Source: an uncultured virus (IMG/VR IMGVR_UViG_3300048020_000241)
Taxonomy: Duplodnaviria > Heunggongvirae > Uroviricota > Caudoviricetes
Strand: one strand, 5' to 3'
DNA length: 64,000 nt
IMG/VR virus record: IMGVR_UViG_3300048020_000241
The notes under the pieces are model-generated. The model was given only the letters and a program-made list of their open reading frames with translations, made no database searches and was not told the origin of the DNA. The position numbers and the translations under genes are program-made. This document shows, piece after piece, positions 35,586 to 46,167 of this stretch; the stretch's first letter is position 1; every line of letters starts with the position of its first letter.

Positions 35586-35840
35586 TTGATATTTATATTA
35601 ATATGATACAATTACTTATTGATGATAGTTTAATAAATTACGAGTATGGACAAGAACTAGAAAGTCCTGTCAGAGCAAAGTTTTTAATTTCAGATACAGA
35701 GATACCTGAAATAGAAGTTTTAATGGAACTTGCAGACGATGGAATTCTTGAAATTAACTTACCTTACACAACTACAATTGAGGGAAAGCATTATTATTCA
35801 CTTCCGTATAAATTATTTACCTCGATTGACTTAACAATTG
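35555..35840 (+). repeat. 286-bp direct repeat A, copy 1
   Basis: Near-identical to 39196-39481; covers the upstream region and first ~79 codons. Confidence 0.95.
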
Positions 35841-38800
35841 AGGGACCTACTGAGAATAATATTTCGCAAAATAATTACAAAATTCCAACATTGGGTGGTA
35901 ATCACAAAGCAGTTGGTATGTATTCTCGTTCAATTCACGCAAATGCTAATTTTCTATGGATTTCAAATGAATCTATGCCAACTGGACAAACTCCTATTTG
36001 GGATATTCGTGAAGATGGACCACCAAAATATTTAGGTTTGTTTGCTTCTTGGGGAACAGCTGAAGCACTTGTATCAAACAAAAATCCTATGCTGAATATA
36101 AGTAATACAAATATTTTTACTATAAATGATGCAAATGATGGAATATTTTATACATTTGATTTAACAAATTTCATGGAATATATTGATGATGAAGAAGATA
36201 ATATAAATAATATTTGGGCATTTGATACCGATGGAATGAAAGTAGTTTATACATTTACTCATGCTAGACATCCATATAAAAAAGCAGAATACGAAGCACT
36301 TGGGGCAGGAACTATAAGTGGATATTCAGAAAACGGAGGTGGTTCTGGTATACCCGCCAATTCTGGTGGTTCTGATGGACAGGTAGGTTCACGTGCAAGT
36401 AATAGAGGATGTTGTTTGTATACAATCGATGATGTTACTTATGCGTATCAATGTGTAAGAAATAGTTGGTGGTCATATGATTATGGTCTTTTAACTGTTG
36501 CAAGTATCAATAAAAACGATCCTACTATACACAATTGGACTACGCATGGTGAAAAACGAGCAATTGATTTAAACAATCCATCTGGTGATAATTTTATTTG
36601 CAAACAACCCATGATTGTAAAATCACCATATAATGATTCTGAAGACCGTGTGTATTTGTATATGATTTCAGAATCTTCACACGAAGCATTAATTTATAGA
36701 ATTGATGATGATCCAACTTTGAGTGGATATTTTGAGGGTACTAAGCAACCAATTCATACAGATAAGGTATTTGCACATGACATTGGAGTTAACGAAAGAA
36801 CTGATGAAACAAGTTTTATTGTTTCAAAAATACCAGAGGATGTTGATATGCCAACTGAATTTGATGATTTTGTAGAATCGTCACCTTCGTATTCTGGTGA
36901 CACAACTCCTTCTTTTATAGTTACGGATGTAAGTGACCCTGAGAATCCAGTTTTAGCATCTGTTGTTTATATGAATATGTTTTCTACACCACCAAGTGAT
37001 GAAGAATCAGAGTGGAACGAGAACACAAACTCTGCAATCGCAGAATTTAGTTTTACAACTGCAAAACACTGTTCTTCATGTAAGTCTTTAATAGTAACTG
37101 CGTGGAATTCAAATGAAGTATATAGTGTAGACATGGCAGACATATATGCACCAAAACCTGTGTGGAAATACTCTTTAAATAGGACATACCAAGATTCTGT
37201 TGATAATCATGTAGAAAGATGTATTGTAAGAAGAACTCCTGGATCTGATATTTGGTGGGATCATGAAATATTTGTATTAGCAGGAAGTGATGGATCAAAC
37301 GATGAAATGGAAATAATTCATTTAACGAATGTGCCAGATGGTTACGGATCAGGACAACTTGTCCGTGATAATTTAGTCGATATAACCGACGAAGATATGG
37401 AGGGTAATTTCTTATGCTATTCTCCTGGAGTTAAAAACCATTCATTTACTGATATTGATTCATTTGTAAGTTTATCTAACGAACTGGAAACTGCGGAAAA
37501 CGGAGAATACAATAAACTTAATATAAAATTTAGTGATGATTTTGATTTCAATACTCCTACTTTTACATCTAAAACACTTTTTAATAATATAACTGAATCA
37601 GATAGAAGTGCTAATACATTTGTAAGTGGAGATGTTTCGTATTGTCATTTTGACGAAATTCCAACATCAGAGTTTTATGGATGGTGTCCATTATCCAAGA
37701 ATTCATCTTCTCAAATGAAGCAAGACGATGGAACATCGGGAATAAAATTTAACTTAAAGGGTAACCGAGATGCACAAGGAAATAATACTCAAGTGAATAA
37801 TTTTGCGATAGTTTACGGTGCACCTTGGATTAAAGATGCGTCTGTTGTTGATAATACTATTATTGGTCTTGGTTATGGAGAAAATAAAGAATACTATAAA
37901 CCAGTTGGAGAAGGTGGAAGTGCTTCTTGGTACGACAAATGGGTGAAAAATAATTGGTCTGGTGCGGGTATTGCATTTGCAAGATATTCTGCTGGTTATA
38001 GTATTGAAAATCTTGATTTTAATGATATTAAAGTTAAATCTTCTTCTATGAGGACCTCTGTATTTGCATCTACTTGCTATGGAGATGTCAAAGTAAATAA
38101 TTGTAGTTTTACAGGTTCGATGGAAACATTAAGTTATCATTGTTGGGATGCTGGTATATTTTTTAGTAATTCGTATGAAGATTCGTCTTCAAACGGAACA
38201 ATTACTATGAATAATGTAAATATTGACTTTTATATAAGAGGTGGTAAATATTCAGCAGGTATGATCGGTGGTGTATTAAGAAAACGGTCTACACCTATTG
38301 TTCATCGTTTTTCTAATATTACAATCAATGGATATAATAATACTGAATATTGGGGTATTCGTAATTTTGTTGAAAATCCTTCGTTGCATATTGGGAACTT
38401 TTATCCATCTTGTTTTATGGCTGTAGTACAAGCAAATAATAATATGGTTTTAGATAATGTTACTATAAATGCAGACTTGTCTTCATATAAAGGAGATTCG
38501 GGAGGAAATTCAGGTGGCATTTTATTCGGTAGATTATTAGGTGATGCAAGTGGAACAACTGAAATAGTTTTAAAAAATGTTCATTTAAATGGAGATTTTC
38601 TTTATTCATCTGATATCGGACAAAGTGGTACATCGGCTGCTTGCTTCGTAAATGACGCAGAGAATAATAACAATCCTGCAAATAAAACTGGACGTGGTTT
38701 GTATCCATATGATCCACTTGATTCAAATTTGACAGATACTCAAAAAGATGAATTGTCACCTTCACCATACGGAAATTATAATACCGATGAAGATACTGAA

Positions 38801-39175
38801 AAAACTGAAAATGGTAGATCATGCTCATATTTAGGACATTATTTAATAGGTGGATATGTTCGCACAGGTTATTTAAAATTTAGTTTATATAATTTTAATA
38901 TAAAAGGTCAGCAAATATTTGCGAATGAATTCGTAAGTGCAAATTTAATGGATTGGAACTCATCCATTCATCATTATATCAACGATGAAGGACCATTTTA
39001 TGCTAAAGAAGAAGTTGCGAATGGTAATAGTAATAACGGACAATCAACAAAAGTAGCAGTTAATTCAGAGGGTTCGGATAAAACATTTCATTATTGGAAA
39101 CCAGATGATCCGACTTCAGATGCGTTGACCAAGAAATTTATGATAAACGATGTAGACGCAAGTTACAATATTTAA
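35603..39175 (+). CDS. putative fibre/adhesin: anchor domain + LVIVD-like propeller + beta-helix-like domain
   Basis: 1190 aa; shared N-terminal domain; IVTDVSDPENPVLAS repeat-like motif; C-terminal half homologous to the N-terminal half of 39244..42777 (FARYSAGY/FARHCAGY, YPYDPLDS, YINDEGPFY/YINGEGPFY). Confidence 0.65.
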   Translation: MIQLLIDDSLINYEYGQELESPVRAKFLISDTEIPEIEVLMELADDGILEINLPYTTTIEGKHYYSLPYKLFTSIDLTIEGPTENNISQNNYKIPTLGGNHKAVGMYSRSIHANANFLWISNESMPTGQTPIWDIREDGPPKYLGLFASWGTAEALVSNKNPMLNISNTNIFTINDANDGIFYTFDLTNFMEYIDDEEDNINNIWAFDTDGMKVVYTFTHARHPYKKAEYEALGAGTISGYSENGGGSGIPANSGGSDGQVGSRASNRGCCLYTIDDVTYAYQCVRNSWWSYDYGLLTVASINKNDPTIHNWTTHGEKRAIDLNNPSGDNFICKQPMIVKSPYNDSEDRVYLYMISESSHEALIYRIDDDPTLSGYFEGTKQPIHTDKVFAHDIGVNERTDETSFIVSKIPEDVDMPTEFDDFVESSPSYSGDTTPSFIVTDVSDPENPVLASVVYMNMFSTPPSDEESEWNENTNSAIAEFSFTTAKHCSSCKSLIVTAWNSNEVYSVDMADIYAPKPVWKYSLNRTYQDSVDNHVERCIVRRTPGSDIWWDHEIFVLAGSDGSNDEMEIIHLTNVPDGYGSGQLVRDNLVDITDEDMEGNFLCYSPGVKNHSFTDIDSFVSLSNELETAENGEYNKLNIKFSDDFDFNTPTFTSKTLFNNITESDRSANTFVSGDVSYCHFDEIPTSEFYGWCPLSKNSSSQMKQDDGTSGIKFNLKGNRDAQGNNTQVNNFAIVYGAPWIKDASVVDNTIIGLGYGENKEYYKPVGEGGSASWYDKWVKNNWSGAGIAFARYSAGYSIENLDFNDIKVKSSSMRTSVFASTCYGDVKVNNCSFTGSMETLSYHCWDAGIFFSNSYEDSSSNGTITMNNVNIDFYIRGGKYSAGMIGGVLRKRSTPIVHRFSNITINGYNNTEYWGIRNFVENPSLHIGNFYPSCFMAVVQANNNMVLDNVTINADLSSYKGDSGGNSGGILFGRLLGDASGTTEIVLKNVHLNGDFLYSSDIGQSGTSAACFVNDAENNNNPANKTGRGLYPYDPLDSNLTDTQKDELSPSPYGNYNTDEDTEKTENGRSCSYLGHYLIGGYVRTGYLKFSLYNFNIKGQQIFANEFVSANLMDWNSSIHHYINDEGPFYAKEEVANGNSNNGQSTKVAVNSEGSDKTFHYWKPDDPTSDALTKKFMINDVDASYNI

Positions 39176-39195
39176 TCAATTTATTCTTGGTTGAA

Positions 39196-39481
39196 TTGGT
39201 TTGACAAAAAGCATTATTCTTTCTAATTGATATTTATATTAATATGATACAATTACTTATTGATGATAGTTTAATAAATTACGAGTATGGACAAGAACTA
39301 GAAAGCCCGAACCGTGCTAAGTTTTTAATTTCAGATACAGAGATACCTGAAATAGAGGTTATAATGGAACTTGCAGACGATGGAATTCTTGAAATTAACT
39401 TGCCTTACACAACTACAATTGAGGGAAAGCATTATTATTCACTTCCGTATAAATTATTTACTTCTATTGACTTAACAATTG
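39196..39481 (+). repeat. 286-bp direct repeat A, copy 2
   Basis: Offset 3641 bp from copy 1. Confidence 0.95.
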
Positions 39482-42400
39482 GTGGTACAGGTGGAGATAG
39501 TATTGTAACTGGAAGTTTTAGTACATTATCGTCTTTGATAACTGAGGTTATGGAAGTTGATGCAGAAAAATACATTATTAATATAGAAAACGATATAAAT
39601 TGTGCATCATTATCAGAAAGAACTATATTTGACACAGACAGGACCTCGTTGAGTCTCGATGAAACCACATTCACCACTACTATTGAGGGTGAAAGTGTTG
39701 TAATAAATCATTTTGATGAATTAGCAGATGGAGATAAATCTGGATGGACACCACTTGGTTGGTCACGTGAGAACGCAGAGGATGAAACAGTTGCTCCAAC
39801 GCAACCTGACGGAACTACTGGTATTATTTTTGAAATCAAAGGAACTGGTGATACAAGAAAAACATTATCTAACTTTAAACTGAATTTAAAAGCACCGTGG
39901 AAAGAAATTGGTGATTACAATAACACAACACTTGAAGGATTTGGAATAACAAAGTCAAAATATCCATGTGGTAGTGTATCCGACACTCAGTCATTTATCA
40001 ATGGACCAAGATTGGCATTTGCAAGACACTGTGCCGGATATAAATTAAATAATGTCAATTTTACAAACATCGATTTTAAATCATCTACACGTTCTCCTTC
40101 ATTATTTGCGGTTAATGTTTATGGTGATATAAATGTTGACGGTGTTAATATTACAGGTGACTTTATGGCACAAGCAGTTAGTTGTTATGATATGGGTTTA
40201 TTTTTTGCATGGCACAACAGTGGAAATACCAGTATTAAAAATGTTAACATTGATGTACAAATGAGGTCAGGTAGATGGTCTTCGGCTATGATGGGAAGTA
40301 GTTATGCAACTGCAACTTCTCAACCTCGGTTTCATGTTTTTGAAAATATTGTTTTAAATGGTTATCATAATTCAGAATGGTGGCAGGAGTGTGATCGTCT
40401 TGGTGGATCATCAACTGACGGTGGTGGCAAAGTAGGTGTGTTTATTGGTACAGTTCGTGCGGGTAATAATATAACTTGTAAAAATGTTGTAATAAACGCA
40501 AATGTTACAACATATCGTGGTTATTGGTCAAATGAAAGTGGGTATATGTTTGGAATGGTGAAAGGTTCTGAAGATTTTTCAACCACAATTACTTTGGATA
40601 ATGTAAAACTCAATGGAGATATGCTATGGTCATATGGTTCGGCTCATGCATCATGCTTTGATGATGATATAATGAATCCGAGTGGAAAAGAAGGATATGG
40701 AGTATATCCATATGATCCATTAGATTCATCTTTAAGTGAGCAAGATAAAATAGATTATAGACCACCGTACGTAACAAACAGACGAGCATCTGAGTTAAAT
40801 GGTGAACGAACGGAAAGACCTTGTGGTTGGCATGGTTATTATTTAATCGGACATTCGTATCACTATGTCAATTTAAATTTAAAAGATTTTGAAATTCAAG
40901 GAACTCAATATTATGCAAATGAAATTCTTGATTTAGGAATTATAAAACCGACTTATGAAACAGGATGGCCTTCTACCCATCATCCTATTCATGTTTATAT
41001 AAACGGAGAAGGACCTTTTTATTACCACGAACCTTGGGCAAACAATAATAGTAAAGATGGAACATCGAATGTAGTAGAAGTTTCATCGGAACTTTCCGAA
41101 AAGAAATTTAAGTATTATTCACCGAACGATCCTACAGATGATGCTTTGAATAAAAGATTTAATATAAATGATATAAAACAAACTACTTCATTATCCACAT
41201 CCGTTTCTGCATCGTCCACCACATTGCAAGTAGTTACAACTGCCGATATGAGTGTTGGTGATAAAGTTATATTAGCACAAGGAACAGAAAAAGAAGAAGA
41301 AAATGAAATTGCGAGTTTCGGATCAATCGTTTTAAAATACCCGTTAACTTATGATCATGATTCAAATACAGAGATACAGATAATTGCAAAATCTGAAATT
41401 GAAGTAATTCCACTTACTAACAACTATAATCTTAGTCTTGATGGAGTAAATGGATATGCCAGTACCGAGTTAAGTGTTGCAGGAGCATCTGCTTTAACAG
41501 TTTCTGCTTGGGTTAAATTGGACTCTTTATCAGAAACAAGAGGATTTGTAACTCAATATGTTGCTGGTGATAATCGCACTTTTCGGTTGGCTTATTTTCC
41601 TAATCTTCAAAGTATGTGGTTTGAGGTTTACGGTCCTAACTCTTATGCAGGATTCAAGGATGGGAATTTACTTGCTGATACATGGTATCATGTCGCAGGA
41701 GTGTACAATGGTACTAATACAGTGTGTTATGTCAACGGAGTTGCATCAACTACTACATCAGGTCTTCATGCATCGGGTACCGGTAACTTAGATTCATGCA
41801 CCGACAATATTGATATTGGACGAATGGCAAATGCTGAATACATGAAAGGTAATATTGATGAAGTGGGAATATGGACATCTGCATTATCTGCCTCTGATAT
41901 TAACTCAATATTTAATGAGGGAGTACCTAATGATTTACCCCATTCACCTTTGGCATGGTATCGTATGGGAGATAATGACGATGGAGCAGGAACTATTATT
42001 ACAGACCAAGGAAGTGGTGAAAATAATGCAACTTTGCAAGGATCGGCAAAAATTTATCCACCAATTCCGTATAGTGTAGAATTCACAGGTTCAGCTGCTT
42101 ATATGGATACTGGTTCTACATTTCAATCTACTTTTCAAAGTGATTTCTCTATATCATGTTGGTTTAAACAAAATTCGTCTTCGTCTTTTATGGGACTATT
42201 TGGAAGTAGAAAAACTTCTGATCCGAGAAATGCCGTACTTGCTTATATAACAAATACTAATGTTATTGTTTTCTGGGTGGAAGTTAATGGCACTCCAAAA
42301 ATACAATCATCATTCACTCATACATCAGATAATAATTGGCATCATTTTTGTGGAACTGTTAAACAAACTGAAGATAAAGTTGAAGTAAGATGTTATATAG

Positions 42401-42777
42401 ACGGTGAATATAAATCGTTAGCATCTAATACTGTAACATTATCATCTTACGAAAACTCAGCACCACTTGCAATAGGTGCCCGTAATTATGCTTCATCCGA
42501 TCCTGATCTCTATTTTGACGGAAAAATAGATGAAGTAGCAATATTTGATTCTGCTTTATCCGACGGTGGTGTATCACAATCCGAATCTGCAAGTGGAGAA
42601 ATTGCCACATTGTATAACAATGGAATTGTTGGTGATTTAACATCTCTCAATCCAGTTTCTTGGTGGAAAATGGGTGACACCGAAAATGGAGCAGGAACCA
42701 CGATTGCTGATGAGATTGGAGAAAACAATGGAACACTCATAGGTGAAATTAATTTCACAGCAGATGTGCCAAATTAA
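39244..42777 (+). CDS. putative fibre/adhesin: anchor domain + beta-helix-like domain + two LamG/concanavalin A-like domains
   Basis: TVSAWVK...WYHVAGVY...GNIDEVGIW and FSISCWFK...WHHFCGT...GKIDEVAIF. Confidence 0.75.
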   Translation: MIQLLIDDSLINYEYGQELESPNRAKFLISDTEIPEIEVIMELADDGILEINLPYTTTIEGKHYYSLPYKLFTSIDLTIGGTGGDSIVTGSFSTLSSLITEVMEVDAEKYIINIENDINCASLSERTIFDTDRTSLSLDETTFTTTIEGESVVINHFDELADGDKSGWTPLGWSRENAEDETVAPTQPDGTTGIIFEIKGTGDTRKTLSNFKLNLKAPWKEIGDYNNTTLEGFGITKSKYPCGSVSDTQSFINGPRLAFARHCAGYKLNNVNFTNIDFKSSTRSPSLFAVNVYGDINVDGVNITGDFMAQAVSCYDMGLFFAWHNSGNTSIKNVNIDVQMRSGRWSSAMMGSSYATATSQPRFHVFENIVLNGYHNSEWWQECDRLGGSSTDGGGKVGVFIGTVRAGNNITCKNVVINANVTTYRGYWSNESGYMFGMVKGSEDFSTTITLDNVKLNGDMLWSYGSAHASCFDDDIMNPSGKEGYGVYPYDPLDSSLSEQDKIDYRPPYVTNRRASELNGERTERPCGWHGYYLIGHSYHYVNLNLKDFEIQGTQYYANEILDLGIIKPTYETGWPSTHHPIHVYINGEGPFYYHEPWANNNSKDGTSNVVEVSSELSEKKFKYYSPNDPTDDALNKRFNINDIKQTTSLSTSVSASSTTLQVVTTADMSVGDKVILAQGTEKEEENEIASFGSIVLKYPLTYDHDSNTEIQIIAKSEIEVIPLTNNYNLSLDGVNGYASTELSVAGASALTVSAWVKLDSLSETRGFVTQYVAGDNRTFRLAYFPNLQSMWFEVYGPNSYAGFKDGNLLADTWYHVAGVYNGTNTVCYVNGVASTTTSGLHASGTGNLDSCTDNIDIGRMANAEYMKGNIDEVGIWTSALSASDINSIFNEGVPNDLPHSPLAWYRMGDNDDGAGTIITDQGSGENNATLQGSAKIYPPIPYSVEFTGSAAYMDTGSTFQSTFQSDFSISCWFKQNSSSSFMGLFGSRKTSDPRNAVLAYITNTNVIVFWVEVNGTPKIQSSFTHTSDNNWHHFCGTVKQTEDKVEVRCYIDGEYKSLASNTVTLSSYENSAPLAIGARNYASSDPDLYFDGKIDEVAIFDSALSDGGVSQSESASGEIATLYNNGIVGDLTSLNPVSWWKMGDTENGAGTTIADEIGENNGTLIGEINFTADVPN

Positions 42778-42815
42778 ATAATTGATAATAGTTTGATCAC
42801 ACGTTGAAACTTGGT

Positions 42816-42844
42816 TTGACAAAAAGCATTATATGTTTTAGTAT
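42816..42844 (+). promoter_or_regulatory. sigma70-type promoter whose -35 half is duplicated at 35551-35576 and 39196-39217
   Basis: TTGACA 42816, N17, TAGTAT 42839, ATG 42852. Confidence 0.7.
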
Positions 42845-42851
42845 TATAATA

Positions 42852-43013
42852 ATGAATTTATATACAGAAGTATTAAATGCACTTAAAATTGTAAACGACC
42901 CACGTGAAGACTCGTTGGATAGAATGCTAAAGCACGAAGACCTTGTGAAGATCAAACGTCTTCTCGATGACCAACTTACAAGAAAGTTTCCTGCTGATGG
43001 AAATCAAGCCTAA
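42852..43013 (+). CDS. small hypothetical protein
   Basis: ATG 42852 just after the -10 box. Confidence 0.5.
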   Translation: MNLYTEVLNALKIVNDPREDSLDRMLKHEDLVKIKRLLDDQLTRKFPADGNQA

Positions 43014-43236
43014 AAGATTTTTCTTTCACTACAACAAACCTGAAAGTCGTAGACAAGGTCGCAATGTGCTAACGGTGCATTGGAGAAATACTTGTATACC
43101 CGTGAATCATCTGAAAATTAATGTTCCAATAGAATCACATACTCAGAAATCACAACCACATTGTGTTATGCGTGGATTCGCAAATTCAGTGGAAATTTTG
43201 GAAGTAAAGCAAGAAAGAACTGCGATAATTAGTTAA
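42997..43236 (+). CDS. conserved phage hypothetical protein
   Basis: FFFHYNKP...TVHW...QPHCVMRG motif. Confidence 0.65.
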   Translation: MEIKPKRFFFHYNKPESRRQGRNVLTVHWRNTCIPVNHLKINVPIESHTQKSQPHCVMRGFANSVEILEVKQERTAIIS

Positions 43237-43549
43237 TTCATATTTTAGTTGTAAGAATATTTATATTCGTGGCAATATATTTTTATTCAAACAATGAATT
43301 AGTATTATATGAACTTGGTGATATTCTTAATCCACCAATTCGTGCTGAATTTTTGGTGTCCGATGATTTAAATGAAACTTTAGAAGTTACAATTGAATTT
43401 GCCGATGATGAAATTGAGGATCTAGTTTTGCCATTTGTTGCAACGATTGATGATAAACATTATTATTCGTTTTCACACAAATTAATAAAAAGTGTAGATA
43501 ATACAATTCCAGGTGTAGACGAAGAAACTCCAACACCTACAATTACACC
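43208..43549 (+). repeat. 342-bp direct repeat B, copy 1
   Basis: Near-identical to 45826-46167 except a short divergent patch near 43298-43335. Confidence 0.95.
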
Positions 43550-45827
43550 TTCACCTACACATACACTAACACCAACTCAAACACCAACCCAAACACCTAC
43601 TCCAACACCTACAATTACTCCAAGTCAAACATCAAGTTCTTATCTTGAATGTACAGATGGAGGACCCTATGGAGTCTGTACATATAGGAACGGAGATCCT
43701 GCATGGGGTCCTGGTTGGGATGATACCGGTGGTAACACATACAATTTGACACCAATGCCTGCAATACCCTTGGAACTAAATGTAAAGTGGTTAGGTTACA
43801 ACAAATATACAAACACTCCTGCCGGTACGAATAACACAAGTTTTACAGGTCCTGCCACCTTTACTAAAGTTGACAGTTCATGGAACTCATCGGCTCTTGG
43901 GGGTAGGGGTATTTATGAATTATTAGTTTCATCGTCTGGTGATGAACAACTCATATGGAATGGCACATCAAATCAGTATGATTTACATGGATATTGTAAA
44001 ACACCTACTTCCACACCTACAATTACACCTTCACCTACATCTACACCAACACCAACTCACACTCCAACAATAACAAATTATGAAGAAGAACCAATCGATG
44101 AATATATTTATGATAGTATGGAAGCAGTAAGCATAACAGGTGGACCAGATGGAGGTTCTGAGGTTGGATACAATGACAGAAGTTTAACGACAATTCAAGG
44201 TGTAAACGGAGTAACTGGGTTATCCATTGACAACAACATTGTCACGTTAACCGAAAGTGGACGATATTATTTAAAAGCACGAAGTGATGCGTATATGTCG
44301 GAATATATTTTCACAAGCATTAAATTTTTAAGTGGAGATTATCAAGGTCAAAACTTCGATGGACCAACCCGTTGGTCAAACAACAATCATGGTGATATGG
44401 TTGTTTCCGAAAATAGTGTTGTGGTTGACATCACCCAAACAACAACATTTAAAATCCAGACAAACGTTACAGATGCCAAACCCACTTCTGGATTAAACCA
44501 CGGAGGAGCAACATTATTCGTTCAAAAACTTGCGAATGCAGACGGTGGTTCTTCTCCACAGAGTGGAGGAATTGGTGATTTACCAGAAATTATTGCTCAA
44601 AGTAATTTTGATAGCAAAATACCGGATGAAATATTATTACACGCAAATAATATTTTGAAACCAAGATCATACACATTTTGGGGATTTGACAATTCACTAA
44701 CTCCACCGATCATTGTATATAGATTGAAAGGTGATGGTGGTTCATCTTTACAAATTGCATTTAAAAATGAAGGAGTTGGTGAATTGGTAAATAATCATAC
44801 TACCACCAGTCATAAAAGATACGATGGAGATACAACTCTTCAAAGTATAATTGATAATAATCATGCAATTTATTATGGTGGTGGTTCTTCAAGTGTGGCT
44901 GTTGATTCATCTTCAATTGAAAGTTTCACTACAAAAAGTTGTGGAACAATCAGTAAACGTTCAACTGATACGAATGCCTCGACAAATAATTATTATCGTG
45001 TGCCAATTTCTGACCTAGCATTTGATGACCTAGTGGTTGGAGAAACTTATAGATTCAGTGTTAATGCTAAGGCAGTAAATTCTACAACTGACTTGGCTTG
45101 TCAGTTGAATATTTATAATCGCAACGAGTTTCACTCTGATAATAATCAAACTTTGACCGAAAACCAAGTTTGGGATTCAAGTAAAGATGCAGACCCTATG
45201 ATTATTACTATTGCAACAAGTGCAAATCATGATGTATATAGCAATTCTTATTTTCAAAGTAAAATATTTACTGCCACTGGTACGCATTTGGAAGCAATGG
45301 CATTTTCGGTCAGCAGTAAGTCTTACTTTACCAACATTGAAGTACAACTTGAAAAAATAGCAGTAGGGAGAACTTCATCAAGTGGTGGTTCTTCTGACTT
45401 AACTCTATTTGGAGCAAAAATAAGTATTACAAATAAAGTCGGAACGGTTTTGTCACAAACATCAGATTTTATAGAGTCAATAACACATTTTGGTGGAAAT
45501 AGTAATAACTATTATATTACATTTAAAGATGGAATATTTACCGAAGCACCTATTGTAGCAACATCTACATTTAATACATCAGGAAGTTACGCAGAAACAA
45601 TTTCAATAAATTCACCTGAAACCACAGATTATATAAATGGCAAAAAGGTGGTTATAAAATTTGAACTTGTAAGTAATGCATCGAATGACTTCAATTCAAA
45701 TACTGTAGGTACTTATATTGCGGATTTAATATTTATGAAGTCTAGTGCCTATTCAAGTGCGTCTTCTGCATCTTCACAAAATATTTCATCACCAAATCAA
45801 GATCAATTTAAAATAGACGATCTATAG
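43269..45827 (+). CDS. putative modular fibre/adhesin with Pro/Thr and Gly/Ser linkers
   Basis: 852 aa; shared anchor domain, TPTPT linkers, about five beta-rich modules. Confidence 0.65.
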   Translation: MAIYFYSNNELVLYELGDILNPPIRAEFLVSDDLNETLEVTIEFADDEIEDLVLPFVATIDDKHYYSFSHKLIKSVDNTIPGVDEETPTPTITPSPTHTLTPTQTPTQTPTPTPTITPSQTSSSYLECTDGGPYGVCTYRNGDPAWGPGWDDTGGNTYNLTPMPAIPLELNVKWLGYNKYTNTPAGTNNTSFTGPATFTKVDSSWNSSALGGRGIYELLVSSSGDEQLIWNGTSNQYDLHGYCKTPTSTPTITPSPTSTPTPTHTPTITNYEEEPIDEYIYDSMEAVSITGGPDGGSEVGYNDRSLTTIQGVNGVTGLSIDNNIVTLTESGRYYLKARSDAYMSEYIFTSIKFLSGDYQGQNFDGPTRWSNNNHGDMVVSENSVVVDITQTTTFKIQTNVTDAKPTSGLNHGGATLFVQKLANADGGSSPQSGGIGDLPEIIAQSNFDSKIPDEILLHANNILKPRSYTFWGFDNSLTPPIIVYRLKGDGGSSLQIAFKNEGVGELVNNHTTTSHKRYDGDTTLQSIIDNNHAIYYGGGSSSVAVDSSSIESFTTKSCGTISKRSTDTNASTNNYYRVPISDLAFDDLVVGETYRFSVNAKAVNSTTDLACQLNIYNRNEFHSDNNQTLTENQVWDSSKDADPMIITIATSANHDVYSNSYFQSKIFTATGTHLEAMAFSVSSKSYFTNIEVQLEKIAVGRTSSSGGSSDLTLFGAKISITNKVGTVLSQTSDFIESITHFGGNSNNYYITFKDGIFTEAPIVATSTFNTSGSYAETISINSPETTDYINGKKVVIKFELVSNASNDFNSNTVGTYIADLIFMKSSAYSSASSASSQNISSPNQDQFKIDDL

Positions 45828-46167
45828 CAAGAAAGAACTGCGATAATTAGTTAATTCATATTTTAGTTGTAAGAATATTTATATTCGTGGCAATATATTT
45901 TTATTCAAACAATGACTTAATAGATTATGATTTAGGTGATAATTTAACATCACCAATTCGTGCTGAATTTTTGGTGTCCGATGATTTAAATGAAACTTTA
46001 GAAGTTACAATTGAATTTGCCGATGATGAAATTGAAGATCTAGTTTTGCCATTTGTTGCAACGATTGATGATAAACATTATTATTCGTTTTCACACAAAT
46101 TAATAAAAAGTGTAGATAATACAATTCCAGGTGTAGACGAAGAAACTCCAACACCTACAATTACACC
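45826..46167 (+). repeat. 342-bp direct repeat B, copy 2
   Basis: Offset 2618 bp from copy 1. Confidence 0.95.

Noticed and set aside
35555..46167. Repeat pairs as DGR template/variable regions or a shufflon
   Set aside because: No reverse transcriptase or invertase in the window; repeats are direct, at 5' ends, and mismatches are not adenine-specific.
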